In this document: one piece after another, positions 39,556 to 52,084 of the stretch
Position numbering within the stretch: position 1 is the stretch's first letter
Layout: every line of letters begins with the position of its first letter
Origin: Amoebophrya sp. A120
Lineage: Eukaryota; Protista; Dinoflagellata
Direction: 5' to 3'
Assembly (NCBI GenBank): GCA_905178155.1
Contig: CAJINV010000004.1
Coordinates: 4,009,555-4,073,554, forward strand
DNA length: 64,000 nucleotides
Notes under the pieces: generated by a model
Told to the model about the DNA's origin: nothing
Database searches by the model: none
The model's input: only the letters and a program-made list of their open reading frames with translations
Made by a program: the position numbers and the translations under genes

Positions 39556-40326
39556 TTTAAGTTTTTATTTTTGTACTTGCAGGAGCATAAATGTTGATGT
39601 TGGAGTTGGACCCGCGCTATTGCGATTACAACTCCTGTGATTGACTATCATTGCGCTACTTTATCCTGAGGCAAAGTTCCGACGGATCATGACGTCCAAG
39701 TGTTGTTTGCGCAAGTAGATTCTGCGATCTTTTTTCTCGGCTCCAACCGCAAAAAAAAAGCATTTTTCGCACCTTGTCACAAGAAATTTAAGACATGCAG
39801 GAGAAAGCTTCGATAGATCGGTTCACGTATTAAGCAATCGGTTTGCCCCATAGCTGCAGAAAATACAAATTGCCTCGGTCGATGTCATGATTTTTCGTAA
39901 CGTGGAGTGCTTATCATTCTTGTCGGTCGCGTCCTCCATTAGCTCCGCCCGTTATTACCGCGGGATTGTACTAGATAGACTCATTTTGCGCTTCTTCGGC
40001 ATCGAGTAAATTCCAAATCGGTTGAGTAGCCCTGAAGATTTTCTGTGTTGCTGTTGGCGTATGTTTATGTGTGTTGAGTAGAAAAATCAACACATACACA
40101 AGTACTTTATTTCTTCGGTGGATGTCTACTTTGCATTGTCGAAAAAGAAAAGCTAACTGCAGGACCACGACGAGAGGTTTTGATAATCCCCAGCAGTGTG
40201 GCATATGTTTATATGTGTACTAAGCGGGACGAGGAAGCAGGACCGCGATAGTCGCTTTCTACCTCCTCGGTAAAAACACAGTTTTTTTTTTGGTCCTCGC
40301 CCGATCCCACGCTCGTGGAAAGTACA

Positions 40327-40887
40327 ATGAAAGTCCGGCGACGCGGCCGAGGGGCTCCTTCTCCGATGATTCTCCTTGGGGGTACTATGGCTGTTGTGAG
40401 TGGCCCGCAGCCGACCGCGGCCCTGGACGTTGCGCACCTTCTCGAGCGCTTGGGCATTCGTGTTTCCAGCACAACCGAAACTTTCGGTCAGACGAACACT
40501 TGCGGACAGCTCCTTGACCTGCTCGCGAAAAGGCCTGCGAACACCGGACAGGAAAAGGACGGTCTTTCGTATTGCGTGAAAGAAATGAACGTGGATCAGC
40601 CTGCTAGATTGTACGACAAGACCAATGTCCAGTACCTCGGCGATGGGCAATCTGTCGGACTGAGACGGACGGACCTGCTGCCAAAGGAGGACGTAATGAC
40701 TCACCTCTGGAAGGAGCAGTGCTGCAAGGAAATACCTTTGAATCTTCGATCTCCTGCTGTATGGCCCGCTCAAAATAGCAAAGATGGTCTCAATTGTGAC
40801 AGTCGTGCAGAAGAGGACAGGTCTGGCGTTTTTTTGCTTTGCAAAGCAAGAACTACGCAAATAAAGGGAGGAGGCCGAGGCAAATGA
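40327..40887 (+). CDS. Hypothetical protein; probably the first exon of a longer gene with a hydrophobic N-terminus
   Basis: About 187 aa coding-like ORF; downstream exons not resolved. Confidence 0.4.
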   Translation: MKVRRRGRGAPSPMILLGGTMAVVSGPQPTAALDVAHLLERLGIRVSSTTETFGQTNTCGQLLDLLAKRPANTGQEKDGLSYCVKEMNVDQPARLYDKTNVQYLGDGQSVGLRRTDLLPKEDVMTHLWKEQCCKEIPLNLRSPAVWPAQNSKDGLNCDSRAEEDRSGVFLLCKARTTQIKGGGRGK

Positions 40888-42940
40888 AAATGATACTAAG
40901 CGACTCCTTAAAAATTATATGATCAGCTGTTATTATTCCTTGGTTTCCTGTCTGTCAGAAATGAAGCATATTCTTGCGCATTTGCGCAGATGAAATTCAA
41001 ATTCGTCTAGGTTATTGTTCTCCTTCAGGATGCCGATGCATGCTGCCATATTGCAGCTTCGCCCAACATTTATTTGAAGCACCTGCCAAGAACGAGAACA
41101 ACTGTGACTGTCACAGGCCAAGATGAGAGCATCTTTTTGCCTGAGCAGTGCATATTACGGGGGTGCTGGGTCCGGGAAGACTTCGAAGGGATGTTGTTGA
41201 TTTCGTTGAATGAGCTGCAGCGGACCACAAGGACAAGGAGGGGTGTTAAGAAATCAGATACAGTAGATTCAGAGAAGATTGTTTTTGTTTACCAAATAGA
41301 GAAGTTGATGTAGGAGAAGCTTTGCCGATCTAAGTTTTTAATACCAACAACTTGGAAAATTGTAATCGTGGCTCCCGGAAGAAATTGAAATCTACATTTA
41401 CAATACGAATACGGAGTACCTCTACCTTCTTTCACGCTGCATAAAAATTCTTGGCACGACTTTTCCTCACTATGTCAATCTGTATCAACCTCGTTTTTAA
41501 GCCGACGCGAAGAAGAAGATCTCCCACGCGTGTTGCAGTTTCGTTCCCCAGTCCAAAATTGATTGGCGTTTCGTTACCGAAAAGAATTTTTCCAACGTGA
41601 CGACGTAATAGAACGAGTCTGGCTCCTTTATCTGTTGACTGTACCGGTAACTAGCCAGCGTGATGAAATGACGCCTGTAGCTGCACCGAAAATTTCAATT
41701 TGTACGAGGATGGAGGACACGAGACAACACAATTTGTGACTGGAAGCACAGGAATGTAAACTGGAACCTCCAGCAGCAAAAACCACGACGAAATCAGATG
41801 CAGGTCAAAGCTTTGACGATGATCCACGACGGGCGCGCAACTGCAATAATTGAAGTTGTTGTGCAGCAACTTGTGCTGCAGGTACTTACCTCCACGCTCT
41901 ATCTCGAAGCATGATCCGCACGCGGATTGTGTCTCGATCTTCTCGTGAGATTTTGCAGTAACAATTGCGATGATCCCGATCCCCTACAACCAGCTGCGCT
42001 GGGACCTAGGAGGACGACTATGATTCACTCTAATGAAAGTGCTCTTTCTCTGGTAGTTCTTTCACTCTAGGGTTGATCTTCCCAGCAGCAATTGGTCGCG
42101 ATGGATCCTGAAAGATCGATGTAGATGGAGATCAATCCGATCAATTAGAAGTACATCCAGTGTCGTGTAAAAAAGAAAAGATGCCAGCTGATAGATAAAA
42201 GGAGATGATTGTGGAAGTGGATCAGATCCAAAACTACCTGTATGAGTATGGGAGGTTCTGCAAAAAGATCACCACCGTAGATCAGGAAGAAGAGGCTCTG
42301 CAGGATCGAGAAGGGAATGATGTCGACTAGAAATGTAGTTCATGATGGACATAATTTGTTCTCGCATGGCCACGGCCAGCCAGAAAAAGTTCTTGTTTTA
42401 GGGACTGCTTGATGACGAGAAAAGCGATCGCAAGATGAGCAAGCATTCAAATTTGCGCAACGATGGGACCTCCAATCTGCGCTCCTACGAGAATGTAGGC
42501 ATTGCATTTATGATACGATTTTGATTTTGCTATGCCTATGCTTATTTTCCAACAGGTTCTTTAGTTTCACAGGCATTCGCTAGTAGAAGTGTAGTCAATT
42601 TTATCGCGCTTCTAGATTCAAAGTGTAATCTAATCGTGACTTCATTTTCGAAAAGTTTCAACTTTGAGCGATTTTTGCCATTGCATCTTATACTTATTTC
42701 ATCAGTTCCTATTAATTTCTTTTATTTTTCCTTGTCTTATTTCATTCTTTTCTTCATCTTCGCAGAAGACAAACCCTTTCCGTGCGAAAGAGAAGATCAA
42801 CAAGAAGACCACGACTCGCAAGAGCAGAAGACCAGGAAAAACACCGGGAGAAGTAGGGACCATAAGAAATACCAACGCCGAGGAGGGTAAAAAAAGCAGC
42901 GGGAAATACCAGCAAGAAGAACACAGCATCAAGAGCGAAG

Positions 42941-45900
42941 ATGGCGTCGATGCGGAAGAACAACAAGTTTTTCGGGAGCAGTAGCTCCGACAGCGACAGC
43001 AGCAGCGATGACAGCAGCTCCGACTCGGAGCAGGAGCAGCAGCAGCAGAAAATGACGCGCATGGTCGCGAAGCGCCGGGTTAATATCTCTGACTCCGAGG
43101 ACAGTGACTCGGATTCTGGCGCGAAGCGAGTCGTCAAGTCCGGGGCGGACAAACGGTATTTGAAATGCGACGCTCATGTCAATATTAAACGCTTGCCCTT
43201 GCGTTTACGTATATCAACTTTAGTATCGTGTAGCTGCTTTGTCATCTCGTGTCGCAGGCCACCCTTGGTTAATATGTAATGTCGTGTTCTTGCAGTACAA
43301 ACGTGAAGGATTTCATGTAAAAAAATCCATGCAATCAGAATCACTATCACATCCAAAACAGCGTCGAGAAGATGAAGCAAGTGGCTTCGAAGATGCAGAA
43401 CGCGAAGAAGGTGCTGGACTTTCAGCTGGTGCTCGAGCAATACGAGGAGCTGTGGAAGCAGGAGGCCGCGTGCCACCGCGCGTCCGCGCCGGTCCCGGAC
43501 GTGTTCTATAAGACAATCGACACTTTAGAGCAGTGGGTGAGCGAGCAACAGGCGGGCAAAAAGGAGATGAAGAAGGCCAAGGCCATGCAGCTGACCAAAC
43601 TGACCAGCAAGTGCCGCAAGCAAAACGGAGAAATTAGGGACTTGATCGAGGAAAAGAAGGCTTTGTTTCGCGAGGACCAGAATGGCAGCTCGGCGGAGGA
43701 CGGAAGTAGTAACAGCGAAAATGAGAACGAGGACGAGTCCGGAAGTGAAAGTGACGACGAGTCCAGCGACTCGGAAGGGGATAGCTCCGGTATAATTGGA
43801 AGATAAAGATTCGCTTTTTTAGGAACGGATTTCTTTATGTTTTGGGGTGCTGCTGCTGCATTTTGATTTTTGAAGTGTACTTGCCACTTTCTCTTTCTGT
43901 CACAATCATCTGAAATTGGATTGACAGGCCAACAAGGTCGTGTTATTCCAGGACCAGATGAAGAGGGGACCACGTGCACGTCGTGTTTGCTGCGTAAAAA
44001 ATGAATGTACATACAGTAAGATTAAAAACTAAAACTCCCTCTCTTCATCGAAATTTAAATTTAAATTCCACAGACGACGACACGGGCAAATCCGCGAAGA
44101 AGCAGCAGGCTCGCGAAGGCGAGCACACCTCGGACACGGACGCGGGCAGTTCCGATTCGGATTCGGACTCTTCTAGCGATAGTTCGAGCTCCGATAGCGA
44201 CTCCGACTACGACAGCAGCGACAGCAGTGGGGAGGAGGATGACATGGACATTGGTACAGCAACTCCTGATTTTTATCTTTTGGTCAACTACAGCATGAGA
44301 AAGAGCACTTAGCTTTGCCAGTCCTTTGTACTTCTACTAGTAGGTACTTCTGAAGTACTTCTACTAGCCTCTTGACGCGGGCGTCCAGGACGCCCGCTGG
44401 GCTAGTAGATTTAAAAATAATTCTAGAGACGGGAATGCGTTTAGAAGGTTTGGCTTGCAGTCGAGTAGAATGCGGCTAGAAGGTTGAAAAGCATAACGCT
44501 GCCTGCCCCGAGGAAGATCGTTGCCGCGCCTGCGCTTGCCCTTGCGGCCTCGCCACTTTGACGCCTTTTGCGGTCCGGCGTCCAGGACGCCGGCCCGCCG
44601 TCAGCCCTTTAGCCGCGTTGCCGCGCCTCCCTGCGCTTGCCCTAGCGGCATCGACGCTTTAACGCCTTTTGCGGTCCGGCGTCCAGGCCGGAAAATTGAT
44701 GACCAAAAGTTTCACTGTTGCCCGACCGGAGGTGGTGGCCAAGGAGCCCCTCGCCGTCACTTTTCTTGCCCAGCCCGGCCGGCCGGGCAAGGAGCTCTTG
44801 GCCATTACTTTTGCCCGCCCGGAAACTGGTGGCAAAAAGTGATCCCGTCCCGGAGGTGCTCCCGGCCTCCACTTTTGCTCGGCGGGCCCACCGGAAAGTG
44901 GTGGCCAAGCTCTTGGCCACCACTTTTGCGCGGCCGGAAAGTGATGACCAAAAGTTTCAACTTTGCACAGCACGGCCGGAGGTGATGGCCAAGGAGCCCT
45001 TCGCCGTCACTTTTGCCCCGCCCGGCTGGGCAAGGGGCTTCTGCCCATCACTTTTGCCCGCCCGGAAAGTGGTGGCCAAAGGTGATCGCTGCGAAGTTCT
45101 TGGCCACAACTTTTGCTCGGCCTGCAACAGCCAAAGGTGATCGCTGCTGGCCAAAGGTGAACAGTTCATTGGCCAAAGGTGATCGCTGCTGGCCACAACA
45201 GCAGTGGGGAGGAGGATGACATGGACATTGGTACAGCAACTTCTGATTTTCCTTTGGTTAACTACAGCAAGCATGACAAAGTAGATTTGCCAGTCCGTTT
45301 GTAGTCGTACTACGAGTACGGAATTACTATGTGATTAGGTAATAGAAATAGTCACTTCGTCACTCAATCTCATTCGCGACTTTTGAAACACTGTGCAAAC
45401 CTTTCCGACACAACAACTACATCTACAGATGCCATCCGTGAGAAGCGGCGCCAGCGTTGGTTAATGACGGACAAGGACTACGCGAAGCTGGAGAAGGAGA
45501 AGGAAAAGAAGAAGCGCGACGAAGAGGAGAAGCAGCAGCGCATGGCCAAGAAGCAGGAGAAGCTCGAGAAGTCGAAGACGAAGCACACGAATGACCAGAT
45601 CGAGGACAACTTGGAATCTTCTCTGGACAGCAAACTGCTAGAGGAGCAGAAATTCAAACTCTTCAAGGAGTCTTTCGACGCGAAGTCGTGCCAGCAGGTC
45701 GTCGAAACGACGCTCGAGCATTTGAAGCCCAATAGCAAGTCCCGTCGTATGGACGCGCGGGAGAAGGCGCGGAAGACGGCCTACCTGATCGAGTGCTTAC
45801 GCATTGCAAAGATGTCTGGGTCTGGAAAGTTGTGATGCTAATGTCCGAATGATACGCAACCTGTATTAGGGGGCCGCGCATGACAAGTTTCATCTGAGCG

Positions 45901-48900
45901 GCTATGTCTAGCGTGAACCGCATGACAAGTGGGCTTTTGCATGACAGACAAGTGGCACTGTAGCGCACCAAGCATGACAGATTGTTCTGTCTTGTCAGCC
46001 AAGCATGACAGACTTGCATTCTTCCAGACCCAGACATTTTTGCAGTTGATAGTGCTGCCAGCAGTTCCATTTGTTTAACTTGTGCTTGCCGCTGCACCTG
46101 CAGTCCGGCCGGCAGCTGCTGGAGAAGATGGACAGCAAGGGGGGTTTGATCTGCAACTCCGCGAACTTCAAGTTGTTTCTGCAGCACGCGAGCAAGAATT
46201 TGTTCCCTTTGTTGGAAAAGCTGGTCAGCGAAAAAGAGAACATGGACAAGGCCATGCAGGAATTCTCCACCGGAAAGGGCATCGATCGCGAATCGGTATT
46301 TTTGTGTGTTTTGTTTTGATGAAAAGCGAGGAATTATAAAGCCCAAATTTGTATAAATTCATCCTTCTTTACCAATAACAGATTGATATAGATGTCGAAA
46401 TCGAAAATAATCCAAAACTCCAGATCCTGGCGCCATTCACGATGCAGATGCAGTTGCAGAACTTTATGTCCCTCCTGGACCTCGCTGACCAGAAGTGCTA
46501 CGAGGCCATGCAGCACCCGGACGACAGCGCGGACCGGATCGAGAACATGATCCGCTTGGTGCAGCTCTTCTTCGAGACGCTCAGCTTTCTGGAAACCTTC
46601 AACATCAACAAGGTCGAGAAGGCGAGATTTGCGGCGAGAATCCAGTCCAGGCTTTTGTCCAACCTTTACTACAACAAACACGAGGATATGAGAATGGTAT
46701 AAAAAATCATGCTGGAATCAACATTTTCAACATGAACATTGCTGCTGGCCGAGGCCACGTGGTGCCATGTAGTCACAATGAATTATGGGAGGCGAGAACC
46801 TCCCATAGAGATAGAAATTCTTCTCTAGATGAAGAAAAAGATATCCCAACGTCACGCTATAGATTTTCCCCATCCATTTGTTCCGACAAAAAATAAAAAA
46901 CCAACACCAAGAAGCATTTCTACAATGAAGTACACGAAGTTCGAATTCCTCGATGTAATTAATTGTAATTACCTACCACCACAGGTCCTCTCCACGATGA
47001 TTCACCTGCATCCGAAGGCCTACCCGGAAGTCGAGGCGGAGACCAAGTACCCGAACTTCGATGAAGCAGATTTCAAGAAGGCCAACCTTCCGTTCACGGA
47101 TGCGGAAATCAGCGAATTCATTGCGGATTTGGAGGAAAAAATCTCCTCCGTCGAGGACGTGGACGGGACGCGCCGGGATCTCACCGCGACGCTGTGCCGG
47201 GTCTACAACTTGTTCGTCAACGACGAGTATGTGAAGGCAAGAAAGATCATGCACTACCAAGACCTGCAGAAGGAGGTATAAGTTTTTGATTGAAGATGAA
47301 ATCGCATGACAAATTTTCATCTCAGCATGATGAGAAATGGAATTGGTATATGCGGATTCACCTTAAGAGAAAGATTTGCAATGCGTGGCTTTGACTGCAT
47401 CCAACGCCAACTACACCACCGCACCAGGTGTCCAACCGTGAGGAGCACCAGTTGTCGAGCCGCGAGTACGAACACTCTCTCTACGTGCTCTGGAACCGCT
47501 ATGGATGTGTCAGGATTGAAATCGACAAAATTGAAATGATTTGTCATGCATAAAATGCAAGGCATGAAGTGCCTTTCTTGCCAGGATGGCAAGGGAGACC
47601 GACTGTCAGCCTGTTTAGGGTTTGAAATAGAGCTGCTAAAGTAGCATGACAAAAGCAGGCGTCTGTACCCAAACAGCATGACAAATTGGATTCCGGTGCT
47701 CGGAAAATTTGTCATGCACCGCTTGAAAGTTGGGCTTCCAACTGGTATCGATTTTATGCATTGCAAGTTATTTCAACTTTGACGATTTCAATCCTGACGC
47801 TTTCATAACCGCGTGAACGCGCAGATGGGGCTCGCTGCCTTCCGCCAGGGCCACTTTTACGAGGCCCACATCGCGTTGCTCGATTTGAACTCGTTTCAGA
47901 AGGCCAAGGAACTCCTCTCCCAGGGCGTGACCTTCCAACGCGGCTCGGATCGGGATAAGGAGAAGGAGGAACTTATCCTGATGAAAAACGTCCCCGCCCC
48001 ACAATTGTCATGCAGAATTGCAAGGACAGGAACATTTGTAATGCGCATCCCCAAGAGAGGCATAATCAATCGTGTTTTGGCATTTGTAATGCTACAAACA
48101 GGACAAGGGGACGGCTTTGTAATGCGGCTGTGCTTGCTAACCAGCACTACTGAATACAGCGAGAAGCCTGTCATGCGTGATTCCCAAAACATTTGGATTT
48201 GTGTTGCCTTTTCCCTTCTTGACTCTGGTGTGGGGACGTTTTTTCACAGGATAGAACTCCAGGAGAGGTCCATCATCCCCTACCACATGCAAATCCCCTT
48301 GGACTTGCTGGAGTGCGTCGCGTTGATCTGCGGACTACTCCTCGAAGTGCCCAACATGGCGTTTTTGGCGTACGACAAAAACGGCAGGAAACGCTACCAG
48401 ACGATTTACAGCAAGCCGTTGAGAACGGCTTTGGAAAAAGCGGAACGGTCCACGGTTCTCACCCCCGCTGAGTCGATGCGGGAAAGGATTGTCGAGTCCG
48501 CTCGTTTATCAAATGCAAAAATGTCTGGGTCTGGAAGAATGCAACATTTGTCATGCATATTTTGCATGCCCCACGAGGTCTGGGACAGGTTCTGCGAAGT
48601 ATCTATCTTCATGTCTATCCTGCATGACAAACTGCCGCTAAACTTGTTCAAACGTGGACGCCTTTTGGTAATCATGCAACGCAAATTTCTGTACTATCCA
48701 GACTTAGCATGACAAGTTGCAACCTTCCAGACCCAGACACTTTTGCAATCCATACCGTTCTCTGCAGCAGGGCAACTGGAAGAAGGCGTTTGAAATCTTG
48801 GACAACGATATCCAGGTGTGCAAAACGCACTCGGAACTGATGGCGAAGGAGAAGATTTTCGAGGAAAAACTCCTGCCCGAGGTCAAGCAGCAGGCGGTGC

Positions 48901-49728
48901 GGATCTACCTGTGGAACTTCGTGAACAGCTACCAGACCATTTCGCTGCAGGCGCTCGCGGACATGTTCGAACTGCCAGTAATTTCCGTGCGGCAACTGCT
49001 GCATCGCATGATCATCGACCGCAAGCTGGCCCCGCAGATCGCGCTGGACAGCACAAGCACCTATTTGGTAATTATAGTTTTATTTCACATAATGTCTTAG
49101 TAGTACTAGTACAACGACGCAGCTGTCGTCCTCCTGCTTGCTTTTTTTCGAAGCTCGTGGTGTTTTTTTGGCTATTCCTGCTAGTTTTCTGCAGCGAAAA
49201 ACATTGCAGCATAGAATTGTTGTCGTAACAAGCATAGAAGAACTTCCTCTATGAAACAAAACACGACCTCCACAGGTGAACGAATCGGGTTCCACCGCAA
49301 CGTCCCTCCACCAGAAGATCACCGGCCTGACCTCCGCCATTGACTTCTCGGTTACGGGCACGGAGATGCGTCTCGCCCGGGGCAACCCGAAATTGATGAC
49401 GTTGGAAGACCGTCACCAGAACAAGCAGAACAAGATCGGCCTGCAGTTCTCCAAGCAGAACGACGGGTTGCAGAAGGAAGAGCGGCAGTTTGGCAGCAAC
49501 CGGGGCGACATGACCGGGGAAGTTGGGAACAATTTTGGCCGAGCGAACAACAAGGGGAAGGGCAAGGGAAAAGGTAAGGGCAAGGGCAAGAACAGCGAGA
49601 GCCGGTTTTTATCGAACACATCACAATTTAACAAGGGAAAAGGGAAGAAAGGGATGAATGGTGAGCGAGACAACAACCGGGCGGAGCAGAGGGGGTGGAA
49701 TCTGGGAGTCAGAGCAAATGCGATGTGA
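42941..49728 (+). CDS. EIF3C: Translation initiation factor eIF3 subunit c (NIP1), multi-exon
   Basis: KFFG + Ser/Asp-rich N-terminus, KRVVKSGADKR, WNR|VNAQMGLAAF, KAKELLSQG, PYHMQIPLDLLECV..LLEVPNMA, PAESMRE, and PCI region YQTISLQALADMFELP. Confidence 0.92.
44221..45320. repeat. ~120-bp direct duplication (exon end + 5' splice site) flanking a GC-rich internally repetitive insert in an eIF3c intron
   Basis: acagcagtggggaggaggatgacatggacattggtacagcaac at 44221 and 45198. Internal ~245-bp tandem unit (44690/44936) and ggccaaaggtga(tcgctg) repeats. Confidence 0.85.
45798..46051. mobile_element. Introner family B
   Basis: Family B TIRs; direct repeat gtgct/gtgct. Confidence 0.92.
47500..47807. 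mobile_element. Introner family G
   Basis: TIR tatg..gtcaggattgaaatcg.caaa.ttgaaat; direct repeat accgc/accgc. Confidence 0.9.
47974..48253. mobile_element. Introner family D
   Basis: tatcctgatgaaaaacgtcccc...ggggacgttttttcacaggata; direct repeat gaact/gaact. Confidence 0.9.
48507..48754. mobile_element. Introner family B (reverse orientation)
   Basis: Family B TIRs; direct repeat tcgtt/ccgtt. Confidence 0.92.
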
Positions 49729-52084
49729 AGATAATTTTTATCAAGACGAGATGGAAAACTTTTATTGCCGCGGGATTGATGTGGTCTGCATGTAGTTCTT
49801 GTAGTTAGACTTAGTGCGGAAAAGTTCTAGCAAACGTCGCACCACAGCCAAGTTCTTGTCCACCTCCTGAGCCTGGTAATTATACGTACCTTTTGGAAAC
49901 AAAGATTTTCCTATAACTGCATATACTGTTTTTTAACTTTGAATCATTGAAGACACTTACTCACTCTACTTACTTCACTAAGAACACTCACGAAGAGCCG
50001 TCGATTTCTTCGCTTGGAAAGCTCCAGTACTTCTCAAAAAAGGAAATAAGAATCGCAGCAAAACAATTCTAATCTATTACAGCTTGCATGAACAGCATCA
50101 ACATCTTGATGTTGAATAGAACACGCTCACATTAGAGCGAACAAGAATTCGCGCATTCGCTACCTCGATTTCCTTTCAGGAGGCGCATGTAGATTTCAGA
50201 TATATAATTCTAACAACTGTCCCACACAGTAGAAGAAAAGAACGATCAAAGCTATCGTTGTATCATCTGAAGATTCTTGACGCGAGAAGAGGACCACAGG
50301 AGATGAAGTAAATGCCAAGAATAAGGATAGATGAGTTTTGGACAACTCCAGAGGATTGGCATCAACATGGAATTCAAAATGAGTTCCAGAGGACAGCAGG
50401 CTCGGAATCCGAATCAAGACGCGCAAACTTGAGGAAGGACGCCGTCCGTCGTGCCGTTTCCTCGTTCTTCGTCAAATGTGTGACTCGTCCTGGGACATCG
50501 TCAACTCCAAATTTGCTCAACCTCTCACGAAGTTTCGACGAAAGTTGCTCGTGGAAATGCAAAACTAAAAACGAAGAGTAGAAGTGCTGCTTCCTGTTTC
50601 TGCTGGCACAGCAGCAGCAGCAGCACGCGGTCGGCCGTATGTGTTGACGTGCGCTTGATGCAGTAAGACGATATAACTGTATGCGGTGGATGTGTTCTTA
50701 TCATAATCATAAAGTAAAAGTCATGTTCATACGAGATATCATCTGCGCTCCTTTATTTCACAAAGAAGTAGCACAACGACAAAAACAGGATCTTCATCTT
50801 CTGCAGCTGATCTTCTCATGCAACATTTTACATCCAAATTACTTATTTGAAACTCGTTGTTCCATTTTCAGCTCGTCGTGCAGATGCGAAAAATGAATGC
50901 CGCGGCATCCTTTGCTATTCAACAACAGGAACAGATGATGAAATGGAATCACGCTCCGCAACGAACATTCCGCGCTCCTCAGTGGTTTCACCAGATAAAC
51001 TGCATAAAATGTTTGCGTCACCAGCCTACTCAGTCAACAAGAACGCTTTCTGATCTAAAAACCCGAAATCGCAAGGAAAGGACCCTCGCAACATTTTTAT
51101 CCACACATCATTCGCCGTCCGACTGGTACTTTTCACACACATCAAACCTCAGGCCCTCTGTAGTAAGTAGGCAGAGCTATTTTCGTCCATTCCATAAATA
51201 TATTTGTTTCATCTGAAGTCCTCCTCCTGCTATGACTACGACCATATTACTTTATTCGATAGTGCGCAGAAAAAGAATACTACAGACACTACTACTACTA
51301 GCTGCCGAGTAGATGATCCGCTGATGATCATTGCCCGTTCATCAACATTGATTTCACCCCAGTTTCAGGTCTCTTCGCGCCGCGTATCACAATTACAGTC
51401 CTGCTCCCCGCGCATCACAAGTAGTTGTTGAAACTCGCTGGCTCTGAAGATTCAGTGTCATGCTTCCATTGGTATTGCCTGCTAGTGTCTAATATTCCAT
51501 TTTAGGGATAAATATTTCATCGTTCTCGTTGAGGGTGACCCGTATAAAATATTAGCGGAACAACAAGTCACTCCATAAGCCTTCCCTCATATTGATTTAT
51601 TTTCTCTCTGAGGGGCACTGGCACACAAAGTCAAAGGCGGAGGGAGAACGACCTCACCGAAACGGAAACGACAGAACCGAAACTAGGGGTAAAACGTTGT
51701 ACCCACCTCGCAGCGGCATTTTTCCGGCTTGAAAATAACCCATCTTGTCGTCTCGGATCAACTACAAATTGCGAGACTGACAGCATAATTGATTATTTCG
51801 CAACAACGCAGCACGACCACGGGAATCAATTAGGTCGTTTTTATTTCTACGTGCTCACTTCGAGACGAGTGCGGCGCCCATCCTACTCAGGACATCGACC
51901 TCTAGCCGCAGCTACAGGAGCGAACCACACAGTTACAGCGAACCGACTTTGTGAAAACATTAACATCTTACGAAGAACAACGAACACGGCGACGTAGGTT
52001 TTCAAGAATAAAAAGCCACCAGCACAAGCCCTGTGATAATCATAATCTTCGCACGAGGAGGACCAGCAAATTGGAGTCGACAAT

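Noticed and set aside
7822-49728. Calling the interrupted genes pseudogenes inactivated by MITEs
   Set aside because: Conserved motifs are intact and frames are restored exactly at element boundaries, including four times in eIF3c.
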